From Escherichia coli (GTDB lineage Bacteria; Pseudomonadota; Gammaproteobacteria; Enterobacterales; Enterobacteriaceae), in NCBI RefSeq assembly GCF_003334815.1, contig NZ_QOWO01000030.1: a stretch of DNA of 51,530 nucleotides. One strand, given 5' to 3'. The position numbers and the translations under genes were made by a program. Below are positions 1 through 11,928 of this stretch, piece after piece. A model generated the notes under the pieces. It saw only the letters and a list, made by a program, of their open reading frames with translations, was not told the origin of the DNA and searched no databases. How positions within the stretch are numbered: position 1 is the stretch's first letter; each line of letters opens with the position of its first letter.

Positions 1-197
1 CGTGTCAGTGGTGGCGCATTATAGGGAGTTATTCCGGCCTGACAAGAGGAAATTTAAAATAATTTTCTGACCGCGCATTTTTTCAGCAAAAGCCCCGTTA
101 ATGTGCCATAAAACAAGCAATTTGCCGTTTTTGCAACCGTAATCACACTTCCTGGTGGCATACTAAGGAGGAATAAAAAGAAAAAGGAAGATAAGTA

Positions 198-890
198 ATG
201 CCTTTAAGCGCACAACAGTTAGCTGCACAGAAAAACCTTTCGTATGTTCTGGCTGAGAAGCTGGCGCAACGGATCTTAAAAGGTGAATATGAACCCGGCA
301 CCATTTTGCCCGGTGAGATTGAGCTGGGCGAGCAATTTGGAGTGAGTCGTACAGCGGTACGCGAAGCGGTCAAAACGTTAACGGCAAAAGGGATGGTTTT
401 ACCGCGACCGCGAATTGGTACTCGGGTCATGCCACAATCGAACTGGAATTTTCTTGATCAGGAATTGCTTACCTGGTGGATGACAGAAGAGAACTTTCAT
501 CAGGTCATCGATCACTTTCTGGTTATGCGTATCTGTCTGGAGCCGCAAGCCTGCCTACTGGCAGCAACGGTTGGCACCGCGGAACAGAAAGCGCATCTCA
601 ATACGTTAATGGCCGAAATGGCGGCATTAAAAGAGAACTTTCGCCGTGAACGCTGGATCGAAGTCGATATGGCCTGGCATGAGCATATCTATGAAATGAG
701 CGCCAATCCGTTTTTGACCTCATTCGCCTCGCTATTCCATTCGGTTTATCACACTTACTTCACGTCAATTACCAGCGACACAGTGATAAAGCTGGATCTG
801 CATCAGGCGATTGTCGATGCGATTATCCAAAGCGATGGCGACGCGGCATTTAAAGCTTGTCAGGCGCTGCTACGCTCACCTGATAAGTGA
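198..890 (+). CDS. yieP: GntR-family transcriptional regulator YieP
   Basis: 230-aa ORF; N-terminal winged-HTH (GVSRTAVREAVKTL) followed by an FCD-type C-terminal domain; purine-rich SD (aaggaag) about 7 nt upstream of ATG; position upstream of hsrA as in E. coli. Confidence 0.9.
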   Translation: MPLSAQQLAAQKNLSYVLAEKLAQRILKGEYEPGTILPGEIELGEQFGVSRTAVREAVKTLTAKGMVLPRPRIGTRVMPQSNWNFLDQELLTWWMTEENFHQVIDHFLVMRICLEPQACLLAATVGTAEQKAHLNTLMAEMAALKENFRRERWIEVDMAWHEHIYEMSANPFLTSFASLFHSVYHTYFTSITSDTVIKLDLHQAIVDAIIQSDGDAAFKACQALLRSPDK

Positions 891-912
891 TAACCCGATA
901 ACAGGACATTGA

Positions 913-2340
913 ATGAGCGATAAAAAGAAGCGCAGTATGGCGGGTTTGCCGTGGATCGCGGCGATGGCCTTCTTCATGCAGGCACTTGATGCCACTATTC
1001 TTAATACCGCCTTACCCGCAATCGCTCATAGCCTTAATCGTTCTCCTCTCGCGATGCAATCAGCCATCATCAGTTATACGCTGACGGTGGCGATGCTTAT
1101 TCCGGTAAGCGGATGGCTAGCCGATCGCTTCGGTACGCGTCGCATTTTTACCCTTGCCGTGAGTCTGTTCACATTGGGTTCTCTGGCCTGCGCACTTTCT
1201 AATTCGCTACCACAGCTGGTTGTCTTCCGGGTTATTCAGGGGATAGGCGGCGCAATGATGATGCCTGTTGCTCGGCTGGCCTTACTGCGCGCTTATCCTC
1301 GTAATGAACTTCTTCCAGTATTGAATTTTGTCGCCATGCCGGGTCTGGTGGGGCCAATTTTAGGCCCCGTTCTTGGCGGCGTGCTGGTCACCTGGGCAAC
1401 CTGGCACTGGATATTTTTAATCAATATCCCCATAGGTATTGCGGGCCTTCTTTACGCGCGCAAACATATGCCCAATTTCACCACCGCACGACGCAGATTC
1501 GATATCACTGGCTTTTTGCTGTTTGGCCTCAGCCTTGTTCTCTTCTCAAGCGGAATAGAGCTATTCGGGGAAAAGATTGTCGCCAGCTGGATTGCCTTGA
1601 CGGTAATTGTCACCAGCATCGGGTTACTGCTTCTCTATATTCTCCATGCACGACGCACGCCAAACCCATTAATTTCATTAGATTTATTTAAAACCCGCAC
1701 TTTCTCGATCGGTATCGTAGGCAATATTGCAACCCGTCTGGGGACCGGCTGTGTACCGTTCCTTATGCCATTGATGTTACAGGTAGGATTTGGTTATCAG
1801 GCGTTTATTGCTGGCTGTATGATGGCACCGACAGCGTTAGGTTCCATTATTGCAAAATCGATGGTTACCCAAGTCTTACGTCGTCTGGGCTATCGCCATA
1901 CGTTAGTGGGGATCACGGTGATTATTGGGCTAATGATCGCTCAGTTCTCTTTGCAATCACCAGCAATGGCTATATGGATGCTGATCTTGCCGTTGTTTAT
2001 ATTAGGGATGGCTATGTCGACGCAGTTTACCGCGATGAATACCATCACACTTGCCGATCTGACCGATGACAATGCCAGCAGCGGTAACAGTGTTCTGGCG
2101 GTCACGCAGCAACTGTCGATTAGTTTAGGCGTTGCTGTAAGTGCGGCCGTCCTTCGCGTTTATGAAGGAATGGAAGGCACAACGACTGTCGAACAATTCC
2201 ACTATACGTTTATCACAATGGGCATTATTACTGTTGCTTCAGCAGCAATGTTCATGCTTCTGAAAACAACCGATGGTAATAATTTGATCAAAAGACAGCG
2301 TAAATCTAAGCCGAACCGCGTTCCATCAGAATCGGAGTAA
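913..2340 (+). CDS. hsrA: MFS transporter HsrA (YieO), 14-TMS drug:H+ antiporter-like
   Basis: 475-aa ORF, highly hydrophobic with MFS signature ([11 protein letters not shown]); 22-bp spacing after yieP suggests co-transcription. Confidence 0.9.
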
Positions 2341-3298
2341 GTTGTAATCGTTGTTGCTGAAGGGTCGGCTGGGTTATCCGATGGATGAGTACATCAATCG
2401 CCAGCTCCCCCAGTTCATCTTTCGGTTGGTGGATAGTGGTTAATGGTGGCGTCATAAAGCTTGCCAGTTCGATATCGTCATAGCCAATCACCGCGATATC
2501 CTGCGGAACCTGTAACTCTGCCTGATATAACGCCTGGTAAACGCCAACAGCCATAGCGTCATTTCCGGTAAAGACGGCCTGAGGACGCAGCGGATGTGAT
2601 AGCAGTTGGCGCATAGCGTCAAACCCGCCGTTAAATTCAAAATCACCAGTGACTTCATAGCCATCAGGAATGTTGAGACCCGCACGTTTCATCGCCGCCC
2701 GATAACCTTCCAACCGCAGGCGCGCCGGAGTTTTATCCAGCGGGCCGGTAATACAGGCGATACGGGTATGACCTTTATCGATCAGATATTGCGTTGCTAA
2801 GTCTCCGCCCAGCAACGAGTTATCCTGAATAAGATCGCTGTCGCCATCGAACGGAGCCCAGTCCATCATCACAGTAGGCACTGTCGGATAACGTTGCATG
2901 ATTTCACGCGAAGGTTGATGCGTTTCGGTGCACAGTAACAGCAAGCCATCAACGCGTTTTTGCATCAGCGTTTCCAGATTGCGATTCATCCGCTGTTCAT
3001 CGCCTTCGGTATTGCAAAGGACGAGACTATAACCGCGTTCGAAGCAGCTGCGTTCAACGCCACGCACCAGTTCTGAATAGAAAGGATTGGTACTGGCAGT
3101 GATCAACATGCCAATGGTATGTGTTTGATTGAGTTTGAGGCTACGCGCCAGAGCTGATGGCGCGTAATTGAGTTCTTTAATCGCCGCTTCAACTTTGGCG
3201 GTAATCGCTTCACTGACGAAGCGATCTTTATTGATAACGTGAGAAACTGTTGAGGTAGAAACGCCCGCCAGGCGGGCAACATCTTTCATTGTAGCCAA
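2306..3298 (-). CDS. rbsR: ribose operon repressor RbsR (LacI family)
   Basis: 330-aa ORF; N-terminal LacI-type HTH ([23 protein letters not shown]); last gene of the rbs cluster; 3' end overlaps hsrA 3' end convergently. Confidence 0.95.
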
Positions 3299-3301
3299 GC
3301 G

Positions 3302-4231
3302 TCACCTCTGCCTGTCTAAAAATGCGTCGATCTCTTCACGCCACGGTACGGAAGGTTGTGCGCCTTTACGTGTTACGGCAATCGCAGCGGCAGCATGGGC
3401 AAAACGAATCGCCTCTGGCAATGGTTTTTCTTCCAGCAATGCCGTGATTAACGCACCGTTAAAGGTATCTCCGGCAGCAATGGTATCGACAGCCTGCACC
3501 CGGAATCCAGGAACGCGCTGACCTTCACCATTCACGCTAGCCCATACACCACGACTTCCTAAAGTAATCAGTACAGTACGGATACCTTTTTCATGCAGTA
3601 CCTGCGCCGCCTTCGCTGCATCTTCATCATTTTCAACACGAATACCGGTGAGCTTTTCTGCTTCCGTTTCGTTTGGCGTAATAATGTCCACCAGCGCCAG
3701 CAGTTCGTCAGGAAGTTCGCGAGCCGGAGCCGGGTTAAGCGCAACGATAGTCTTATTTTGATGGGCGATTTTCGCCGCTGCCATCACACTTTCGAGTGGT
3801 GATTCCAGCTGCATTAATAATGCTGACGCGTTGGCAATACGCTCACGTTGCGCTTCCACCAGCGCCGGGGAAAGGGCAGCATTAGCGCCGGCATGAATAC
3901 CGATGACATTCTCACCTTCGCCATTAACAAAAATCAGCGCCACACCTGTTGATTCGCCTTTGATCACGCTGACCGGAGTAATATCAATGTTATCAGTGGC
4001 GAGCTGCTGGCGAACGCTCTCACCAATGCTGTCATCACCCGTACAGGCAATAAACGCGATATTCGCACCGCTACGCCCAGCAGCCACAGCCTGATTCGCG
4101 CCTTTGCCGCCAAATGCAACCTGATAGTGGTTACCGGTTACGGTTTCGCCTGGAGTAGGAAAAGATTGAAGATTAAGAATGTGGTCAGCATTAATGCTGC
4201 CAAGAACAACGAGGCTGCCTGCGTTTTGCAT
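3302..4231 (-). CDS. rbsK: ribokinase RbsK
   Basis: Track ORF 3302..4258 (318 aa); start placed at internal Met (MQNAGSLVVLGSINADHIL) giving 309 aa as for E. coli RbsK; PfkB-family GG and DTxxAGD motifs present. Confidence 0.92.
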   Translation of the reverse strand: MQNAGSLVVLGSINADHILNLQSFPTPGETVTGNHYQVAFGGKGANQAVAAGRSGANIAFIACTGDDSIGESVRQQLATDNIDITPVSVIKGESTGVALIFVNGEGENVIGIHAGANAALSPALVEAQRERIANASALLMQLESPLESVMAAAKIAHQNKTIVALNPAPARELPDELLALVDIITPNETEAEKLTGIRVENDEDAAKAAQVLHEKGIRTVLITLGSRGVWASVNGEGQRVPGFRVQAVDTIAAGDTFNGALITALLEEKPLPEAIRFAHAAAAIAVTRKGAQPSVPWREEIDAFLDRQR

Positions 4232-4356
4232 ATTCGGGATGTCCATAAAATGCGCCACCGTGTTAGGGTGGCGCGTGCCCTGCTTTTCTTTATATTACAC
4301 GTTCATCTGTCGATGACGTATTTATGTCACCATCAGGTCATACAACCTGATTAAAA

Positions 4357-5247
4357 CTACTGCTTAACAACCAGTTTCAGATCAACCGGATACTTAGCCT
4401 GAACTTTCTCGCCTTTCAGCACTTTATCTGCGGTTTCGACGCCTTTCGCGCCAATCTGATCGGGTAGCTGAGCGATAGTCGCTGCTAGTTTGCCATCATT
4501 CACCGCTTTTTCGCCATCCGGTGTACCGTCAAATCCGACGACCATCACATCCGATTTACCGGCAGTTTGCAGTGCGCGCAGCGCGCCCAGCGCCATTTCA
4601 TCATTCTGCGCGAATACAGCCTGAACATCCGGATGAGCGGTCAACAGGTTCTGCATTACGTTCAAACCTTTAGTGCGATCAAAATCTGCTGGCTGGCTGG
4701 CAAGAACATTAAACTTGTGAGCAGCAACGGCCTGCTGGAAGCCTTCGCCACGTTCACGGGCTGCGGATGTACCAGCAATGCCTTGCAGCTCGATAACTTT
4801 GGCACCTTCACCCGCTTTCTTCGCGATGTAATCACCAGCGATTTTGCCGCCCAGTACGTTATCAGAAGCAATGTGGCTCACCACTTCACCTTTCGTTGCC
4901 TGGCGGTCAAGAGTGATAACCGGGATGTTCGCCTGGTTAGCCATCTTCACAGCATTACCCACTGCGTCGGAGTCGGTCGGGTTAATCAGCAGAATTTTTG
5001 TGCCGCGAACGGTTAAGTCCTGCACGTTCGCCAGCTCTTTCGCCGGGTTGTTCTGGGAGTCCAGCACCACCAGGTTATAGCCAAGTTTATCCGCCTCTTT
5101 CTGCGCGCCATCTTTCAGCGATACAAAGAACGGGTTGTTAAGCGTGGAGACCACCAGCGCGATGGTGTCTTTTGCCATCGCATTCGCACTGACGGTGGCG
5201 CTTAGCGCAACAGCGGAAACCAGGGTAGCCAGTTTTTTCATGTTCAT
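4357..5247 (-). CDS. rbsB: ribose ABC transporter periplasmic binding protein RbsB
   Basis: Track ORF 4357..5253; start set at the third codon ([23 protein letters not shown] signal peptide) giving 296 aa. Confidence 0.93.
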   Translation of the reverse strand: MNMKKLATLVSAVALSATVSANAMAKDTIALVVSTLNNPFFVSLKDGAQKEADKLGYNLVVLDSQNNPAKELANVQDLTVRGTKILLINPTDSDAVGNAVKMANQANIPVITLDRQATKGEVVSHIASDNVLGGKIAGDYIAKKAGEGAKVIELQGIAGTSAARERGEGFQQAVAAHKFNVLASQPADFDRTKGLNVMQNLLTAHPDVQAVFAQNDEMALGALRALQTAGKSDVMVVGFDGTPDGEKAVNDGKLAATIAQLPDQIGAKGVETADKVLKGEKVQAKYPVDLKLVVKQ

Positions 5248-5271
5248 ATTCAAGATGTCCTGTAGTCGTTA

Positions 5272-6237
5272 TTACTGCTTTTTGTTGTCTACCAGCACCG
5301 CCAGCAAAATCACCACCGCTTTGACGATCATCTGGTAATAGGAGGAAACACCTAACAAATTCAATCCATTATTAAGGAAGCCAAGAATTAATGCGCCGAT
5401 CAACGTCCCAACAATGCGACCTTTTCCGCCCGCCAGACTCGTACCGCCCAGAACCACCGCAGCAATAGCATCCAGCTCATAGCCAGTCCCCGCCGTGGGT
5501 TGTGCGGAGGAGAGACGCGCCACTTCAATGATCCCGGCCAGCGATGCCAGCAGACCACAAAGAGAATAGACGATGATTTTGATTTTATTGACGTTGATAC
5601 CAGAAAGACGCGTTGCCGCTTCGTTGCCGCCCAGCGCGTAGATGTAACGCCCCAGACGCGTGTGATGCAGCATGTACCAGGCCGCGAGGAAGACAATCCC
5701 CATGATCCAGACTGGCGTCGGTACGCCCAGCGGACGACCAATACCAAACCAGCCAAACAGATCGGCGTTCTCAGTAAAGCCGGTATTCACTGGGCTACCG
5801 TTGGTATAAACCATGGTCACGCCGCGCAGTAAAAGCATCATAACCAGCGTAGCGATAAACGCCTGGACGCGACCTTTCGCTACAATCACCCCGGTTACCG
5901 CACCAATTGCGGCACCTAACGCGAGAGCAGCAGCGACAGCCACCAGCGCATTGACTTCAATGCCGACGATAGATGCAGCAACTGCGCCGGTCAGCGCCAA
6001 CAGAGAACCTACCGATAAGTCGATGCCCGACGTCAGGATCACCAGCGTCATCCCGACCGCCATAATGGCGTTCACTGAGGTTTGCTGGAGAATATTGAAT
6101 AAGTTATTGATGGTGAAAAAGTTCGGGCTTAACGTCGAGACAATCGCGATCAGCACCAGCAGAGCGATAAGCGATTTCTGCTCCATCAGCCACGCTTTCG
6201 TGAAATAACGGCGACCAGAGACAGTCTGGGTTGTCAT
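5272..6237 (-). CDS. rbsC: ribose ABC transporter permease RbsC
   Basis: 321-aa polytopic membrane ORF between rbsB and rbsA; matches RbsC. Confidence 0.95.
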   Translation of the reverse strand: MTTQTVSGRRYFTKAWLMEQKSLIALLVLIAIVSTLSPNFFTINNLFNILQQTSVNAIMAVGMTLVILTSGIDLSVGSLLALTGAVAASIVGIEVNALVAVAAALALGAAIGAVTGVIVAKGRVQAFIATLVMMLLLRGVTMVYTNGSPVNTGFTENADLFGWFGIGRPLGVPTPVWIMGIVFLAAWYMLHHTRLGRYIYALGGNEAATRLSGINVNKIKIIVYSLCGLLASLAGIIEVARLSSAQPTAGTGYELDAIAAVVLGGTSLAGGKGRIVGTLIGALILGFLNNGLNLLGVSSYYQMIVKAVVILLAVLVDNKKQ

Positions 6238-6241
6238 TTTT

Positions 6242-7747
6242 TTACTCCTGATTCACGCGATTAAGCTTGCCCACAGCGGCAGCCATTAACACTTCCTGGG
6301 TGGCCTGCTCACGAGTAAATTCCCCGCTGAGATGCCCTTCATGCATGACGATGATGCGATCGCTCATGCCTAATACTTCTGGCATCTCCGATGACACCAG
6401 AATGATGCTCAAGCCATCGGCTTTGAACTGGTTAATCAGTTGATAGATCTCTTTTTTCGCGCCGACATCTACGCCACGGGTAGGTTCATCAAGGATCAAC
6501 ACTTTGGGGCGTGTCATCAGACCGCGGGCAATCGCCACTTTTTGCTGATTGCCACCGGAAAGCAGACCAATTGCCTGTTCCATCGACGGAGTTTTCACAT
6601 TAAACAGACGAATGAAATCACTCACAGCCTGCTGTTCATCGGCATGCTTCAAACTGCCGCCAGCGCGGCTGAAGTAGCGCAGCGCTGTCAGCGACATGTT
6701 CTCTTTTACTGACATGCCCAACACTAAACCGTCACGTTTACGGTCTTCGGAGATATACACAATGCCGTTTGCCAGGCCATCCTGCGGTGAACGGGTAACG
6801 ACTTCATGCCCATCCAGGGTGACGTAACCGCTGGTGCGCGGTAGTGCGCCGTAGAGCACTTTCATCAGTTCGGTACGACCTGCGCCCATCAAACCAGAGA
6901 CGCCAAGAATTTCGCCTTTGCGTAAAGTAAAAGAGACATCGTTAACGCCAGGTCCGCAGAGATTATCGACTTTCAGGCGGATATCTCCCGGCGCTTTGTC
7001 CAGGTGCGGATATTGATCTTCCAGCTTGCGACCCACCATCATCTCAATCAGCGAATCTTCGGTCAGTGATGCCACTTCGCGCTCAGCAATAAATTGCCCA
7101 TCACGAAAAACGGTAACGTCATCGCAAATCTCGAAGATTTCTTTCATGCGGTGGGAGATATAGACAATACCGCGGCCTTGCGATTTCAGCTCGCGGATGA
7201 CGCGGAACAGGGATTCGGTTTCGGTATCGGTCAGCGCATCGGTCGGTTCATCCATAATGATGACTTTCGACTCAAAGCTCAGCACTTTGGCGATTTCAAC
7301 CATTTGCTGGTCACCGATGGAAAGATCGCCCACCAGCTTGTCGCTTTTAAAGCGCAGGTTAAGTTTAGCCAGCAATTTATCCGCTTCGGCATACATGGTT
7401 TTCCAGTCAATTTTGCCAAAGCGATTAACAAACTCACGACCGAGGAAAATGTTTTCGGCAATGGTCAACTGCGGGATCAGGTTCAGTTCCTGATGGATAA
7501 TCCCAATCCCGGCTTCCTGGGAAGATTTTGGCCCGGTAAATGTCGTTTCTTTCCCCAGCCATAAAAGCGTACCGGCATCGCGAGTATAGATGCCAGTAAG
7601 CACTTTCATCATGGTGGATTTACCCGCGCCGTTTTCGCCCACCAGCGCCATCACGCGGCCCGGATAGACATTTAACGCTGCGCCCGAGAGGGCTTTTACG
7701 CCCGGGAAGGCTTTATCGATGCCTTTAAGCTGAAGTAATGCTTCCAT
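6242..7747 (-). CDS. rbsA: ribose ABC transporter ATP-binding protein RbsA (tandem ABC domains)
   Basis: 501-aa ORF with two Walker A motifs (GENGAGKST and GLMGAGRTE) and ABC signature LSGGNQQK. Confidence 0.95.
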
Positions 7748-7754
7748 GACGGCC

Positions 7755-8174
7755 TCAGAACGTCACGCCAGCACAGAGAATGATATTCGCATACGGAGAA
7801 CATTCTCCGCTGCGAATTACCGCCTGACTTTCTGCGGTTTGTTGTTTGAATTGTTCATGCGTGGTGTAACGAATTTCAATGGTATTTCCCTGGTGTTTTT
7901 GCAGCTGCTCAAGGTGAGTGAGCAACGTTTCGTGGAGTTGCGGATTATGGTGTTTGATCTCTTCCGCGATAATGGCCGCCTCGACCTGCATTTCATTTGT
8001 GACGACGCCCAGCACCTGCATAAAAGAAGGTACACCCTGGGTTAATGCCATATCGATACGCGTTGTACTTTTGGGGATGGGTAAACCAGCATCACACACC
8101 ACCAGCGTATCGGTATGTCCCAGACGGGAGATCACCGATGAAATATCAGAATTAAGAACGGTGCCTTTTTTCAT
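7755..8174 (-). CDS. rbsD: D-ribose pyranase RbsD
   Basis: Track ORF 7755..8210 (151 aa); start placed at internal Met ([16 protein letters not shown]) giving 139 aa; first gene of rbsDACBKR; the RbsR operator palindrome lies immediately upstream. Confidence 0.92.
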
Positions 8175-8186
8175 TTTTTTCTCCAT

Positions 8187-8206
8187 CAGCGAAACGTTTC
8201 GCTGAC
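8187..8206. promoter_or_regulatory. RbsR operator (perfect 20-bp palindrome) in the rbsD leader
   Basis: tcagcgaaacgtttcgctga is a perfect inverted repeat of the LacI-family operator type, 10-15 bp upstream of the rbsD start codon. Confidence 0.8.
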
Positions 8207-8299
8207 CCACAGTTTAATCCTGACTGAGTTGGGAAAACCATCGTGACGTTACGGAAATGTGATCAACCTCGAAACGTTTTACATGGTGATTAACCATGA

Positions 8300-8337
8300 A
8301 AACAAAAACGCCCCCTTATGAAGAAAGGAGGCGTCTG
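8300..8337 (-). terminator. kup rho-independent terminator
   Basis: On the minus strand, a GC-rich hairpin (gacgcctcc...gggggcgt) followed by a T-run immediately after the kup stop. Confidence 0.6.
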
Positions 8338-8340
8338 GCG

Positions 8341-10209
8341 TTAGATTTCGACCTGAGTACCCAGTTCGATAACCCTGTTTGGCGGGATTTCAAATTGATC
8401 TGGTGCACGCAGCGCATTACGTTGCAGCAGCAAGTACAGCTTGCCGCGCAGACGCAAATACCACGGGCGTTTGCCGAGGATCAACGACTCATGCGACATA
8501 AAGAAGGAGGTTTCCATCATCCGGCAACTTAATCCTTCCAGACCGCAGCGGTGGAAAACTTCTTCTACGTTTGGCGTTTCTCGCCAACCATAACTTGCCA
8601 CCACGCGCCAGAAAGTGGGCGACAGTTGTTCAATCTGTACCCGACGGACGTTATGGACATATGGAGCGTCTTCGGTGCGCAGAGTTAACAGAATCACCCG
8701 CTCATGCAATACCTTGTTATGTTTAAGGTTATGCATCAGCGCAAAGGGAATGACGTTGATTGCACGCGACATATACACCGCGGTCCCGGGCACGCGAACA
8801 GGCGGTGATTTCTCCAGCGAAGCAATCATCGCTTCCAGAGAGTTACCATGTTCATGCATCCGCCGCAGCAAGCGGAAACGCTCGCTCTTCCAGGTGGTCA
8901 TCACGATAAACATCACAGTACCGAGGCTCAATGGCAACCAGCCGCCGGAGAGCAGTTTATCGAGGTTAGCGGTGAACAATGGAATATCGACACAAAGGAA
9001 AGCAATCAGGATCAGCGCAACAAAATACTTATTCCAGTGCCAGTTCTGACGTGCCACGGTAGTCGAGAGAATAGACGTCAGCACCATGGTTCCGGTCACC
9101 GCAATCCCGTACGCCGCCGCCAGGTTGCTGGAGTGCTCAAAGCTGACAATCACAATCACGACCGCGACATAGAGCATCCAGTTCACAAACGGAATATAGA
9201 TTTGCCCTGACTCCATTTCGGAGGTGTGAATAATGCGCATCGGCGACAAATATCCCAGACGTACCGCCTGACGCGTCAATGAGAAGACGCCAGAGATAAC
9301 CGCCTGCGAGGCAATTACCGTCGCCAGTGCGGCGATGATCAGCAGCGGGATCAGCGCCCAGTCCGGTGCCAACAGGAAGAACGGGTTCTTAATCGCTTCC
9401 GGGTTCTTTAACAACAGCGCTCCCTGACCGAAGTAATTAAGGGTCAAGGAAGGTAATACGACGGTGAACCACGCCAGGCGAATAGGGAACTTACCAAAGT
9501 GCCCCATATCAGCATACAGCGCCTCGACCCCCGTAATCGACAACACCACTGCCCCTAATGCAATAAAAGAAACCGTTTTGTATTCAAGGAAGAAATGCAC
9601 CGCCCACATTGGATTCAGCGCATGCAGCACTTCCGGGTTAGCAATAATGCTACGTAACCCCAGTCCTGCCAGAATCAAAAACCAGGTCAGCATGATCGGC
9701 GCAAACAGCTTACCGACCATAGCCGTGCCATGTTTTTGAATCATAAATAATAAAGTGAGAACGATAATTGAGAGGGGAACTATCCAGGTATCCAGCTGCG
9801 GGGCGACGATTTCCAGACCTTCAATGGCTGACATCACCGAAATAGCGGGTGTTATGACGACTTCACCATAGAAAAAGCTGCCGCCGATTAGCCCCATAAT
9901 CACCAGCATTGATGTGGTTCGCGCCGACGTATTACGCCCGGCAAGCGACATCAACGTCAGGATCCCCCCCTCACCGGCGTTATCTGCCCGCATCACGAAG
10001 GTGAGATATTTAATGGAAACCACAAAGATTAGCAGCCAGAAGATCAGCGATAAAAAGCCAAACACGGCATCGCGTTCAACGCCAAAACCAAACTGGCCGG
10101 ACAAACATTCACGAAGTGTATATAACGGGCTGGTACCAATATCGCCGTAGACAACTCCAATCGCCGCGAGGGTAATCGCGGGCAATGATTGCTTATTATC
10201 AGTGCTCAT
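8341..10209 (-). CDS. kup: low-affinity K+ uptake protein Kup (TrkD)
   Basis: 622-aa ORF, N-terminal polytopic membrane domain plus C-terminal cytoplasmic domain; matches Kup. Confidence 0.95.
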
Positions 10210-10431
10210 AGACTAGTCTTTCGTTGAAATATGAAATGTGTGCTTAGTCCCTTGGCCCACAAAAAAGCGCACAGTATGCACGATTAACGGCAAAATCGTA
10301 CTCCTAAATGCGGCCACATTAACCTGGCTCAAAGAAAAATACCCCCCCTTTGAGACTATTTTAGCCACCAGCAAGAAACGTCTATACTCGCAATTTACGC
10401 AGAACTTTTGACGAAAGGACGCCACTTCATT

Positions 10432-11928
10432 ATGGCTCACCCTCATTTATTAGCGGAAAGAATTTCCCGCCTGAGCAGTTCGTTGGAAAAGGGGCTTTAT
10501 GAACGTAGCCACGCCATCCGCTTGTGTTTATTAGCGGCATTAAGTGGTGAAAGTGTGTTCCTCCTTGGCCCGCCAGGTATTGCCAAAAGTTTGATCGCCC
10601 GGCGCTTAAAATTCGCCTTTCAGAATGCCCGCGCGTTTGAATATCTGATGACCCGCTTCTCCACGCCGGAAGAAGTTTTTGGTCCCCTTTCTATTCAGGC
10701 GCTAAAAGATGAAGGGCGCTATGAACGTTTAACCAGCGGTTACCTGCCGGAAGCAGAAATTGTCTTTCTGGATGAGATCTGGAAAGCGGGCCCGGCAATT
10801 CTTAATACCTTGCTCACCGCCATTAACGAGCGCCAGTTCCGCAACGGTGCACACGTAGAAAAAATCCCGATGCGTCTGCTGGTGGCGGCCTCCAACGAGC
10901 TGCCGGAAGCAGACAGCAGTCTGGAAGCGTTATATGACCGCATGCTGATTCGTCTGTGGTTAGATAAAGTGCAGGATAAAGCGAATTTCCGCTCCATGCT
11001 GACCAGTCAACAGGATGAAAACGACAATCCGGTTCCTGATGCCTTGCAGGTCACAGATGAAGAATATGAACGCTGGCAGAAAGAGATTGGTGAAATTACG
11101 CTGCCCGATCATGTATTTGAGCTGATTTTTATGCTGCGCCAGCAACTGGATAAATTACCGGATGCGCCTTATGTCTCGGATCGTCGCTGGAAAAAAGCGA
11201 TCCGATTATTGCAGGCCAGCGCCTTTTTTAGCGGTCGCAGTGCTGTTGCCCCGGTAGATCTCATTTTGCTGAAAGATTGCCTGTGGTATGACGCGCAAAG
11301 CCTGAATTTGATACAACAACAAATTGATGTATTGATGACCGGTCACGCCTGGCAACAGCAAGGGATGTTGACTCGCCTTGGCGCGATTGTGCAACGTCAC
11401 CTGCAACTCCAGCAGCAACAAAGCGATAAAACAGCCTTAACGGTAATTCGTCTGGGCGGCATTTTCAGCCGTCGTCAGCAGTATCAACTTCCTGTTAACG
11501 TTACTGCTTCCACTCTGACTCTACTGCTGCAAAAACCGTTAAAACTGCATGATATGGAAGTGGTTCATATCTCCTTTGAGCGTAGCGCGCTGGAACAGTG
11601 GCTGAGCAAAGGTGGTGAAATTCGCGGTAAACTGAACGGTATCGGCTTTGCCCAGAAACTGAATCTGGAAGTTGATAGCGCCCAACATCTTGTCGTTCGC
11701 GATGTAAGTTTACAAGGCAGTACGCTGGCACTTCCCGGTTCATCGGCTGAAGGTCTGCCTGGTGAAATAAAACAACAACTGGAAGAGCTTGAAAGCGACT
11801 GGCGCAAGCAACACGCTTTATTCAGCGAACAGCAAAAATGTCTGTTTATCCCTGGCGACTGGTTAGGTCGCATTGAAGCCAGCCTACAGGATGTCGGTGC
11901 ACAGATTCGCCAGGCACAACAATGCTAA
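10432..11928 (+). CDS. ravA: MoxR-family AAA+ ATPase RavA
   Basis: Track ORF 10408..11928; start placed at [12 protein letters not shown] giving 498 aa; Walker A GPPGIAKS and Walker B VFLDEI present. Confidence 0.93.

Noticed and set aside
3302-4258. 5'-extended starts given by the ORF track for rbsK, rbsB, rbsD, ravA, atpI, phoU, bglG, bglF, yieL and yidZ
   Set aside because: In each case an internal Met a few codons downstream reproduces the known N-terminus of the E. coli protein and gives the expected length; the longer frames simply run upstream to the first in-frame start.
10213-10446. 77-aa minus-strand ORF in the kup-ravA spacer
   Set aside because: Overlaps the ravA start and promoter region, lacks a convincing RBS, and its sequence is unremarkable; more likely non-coding promoter DNA.
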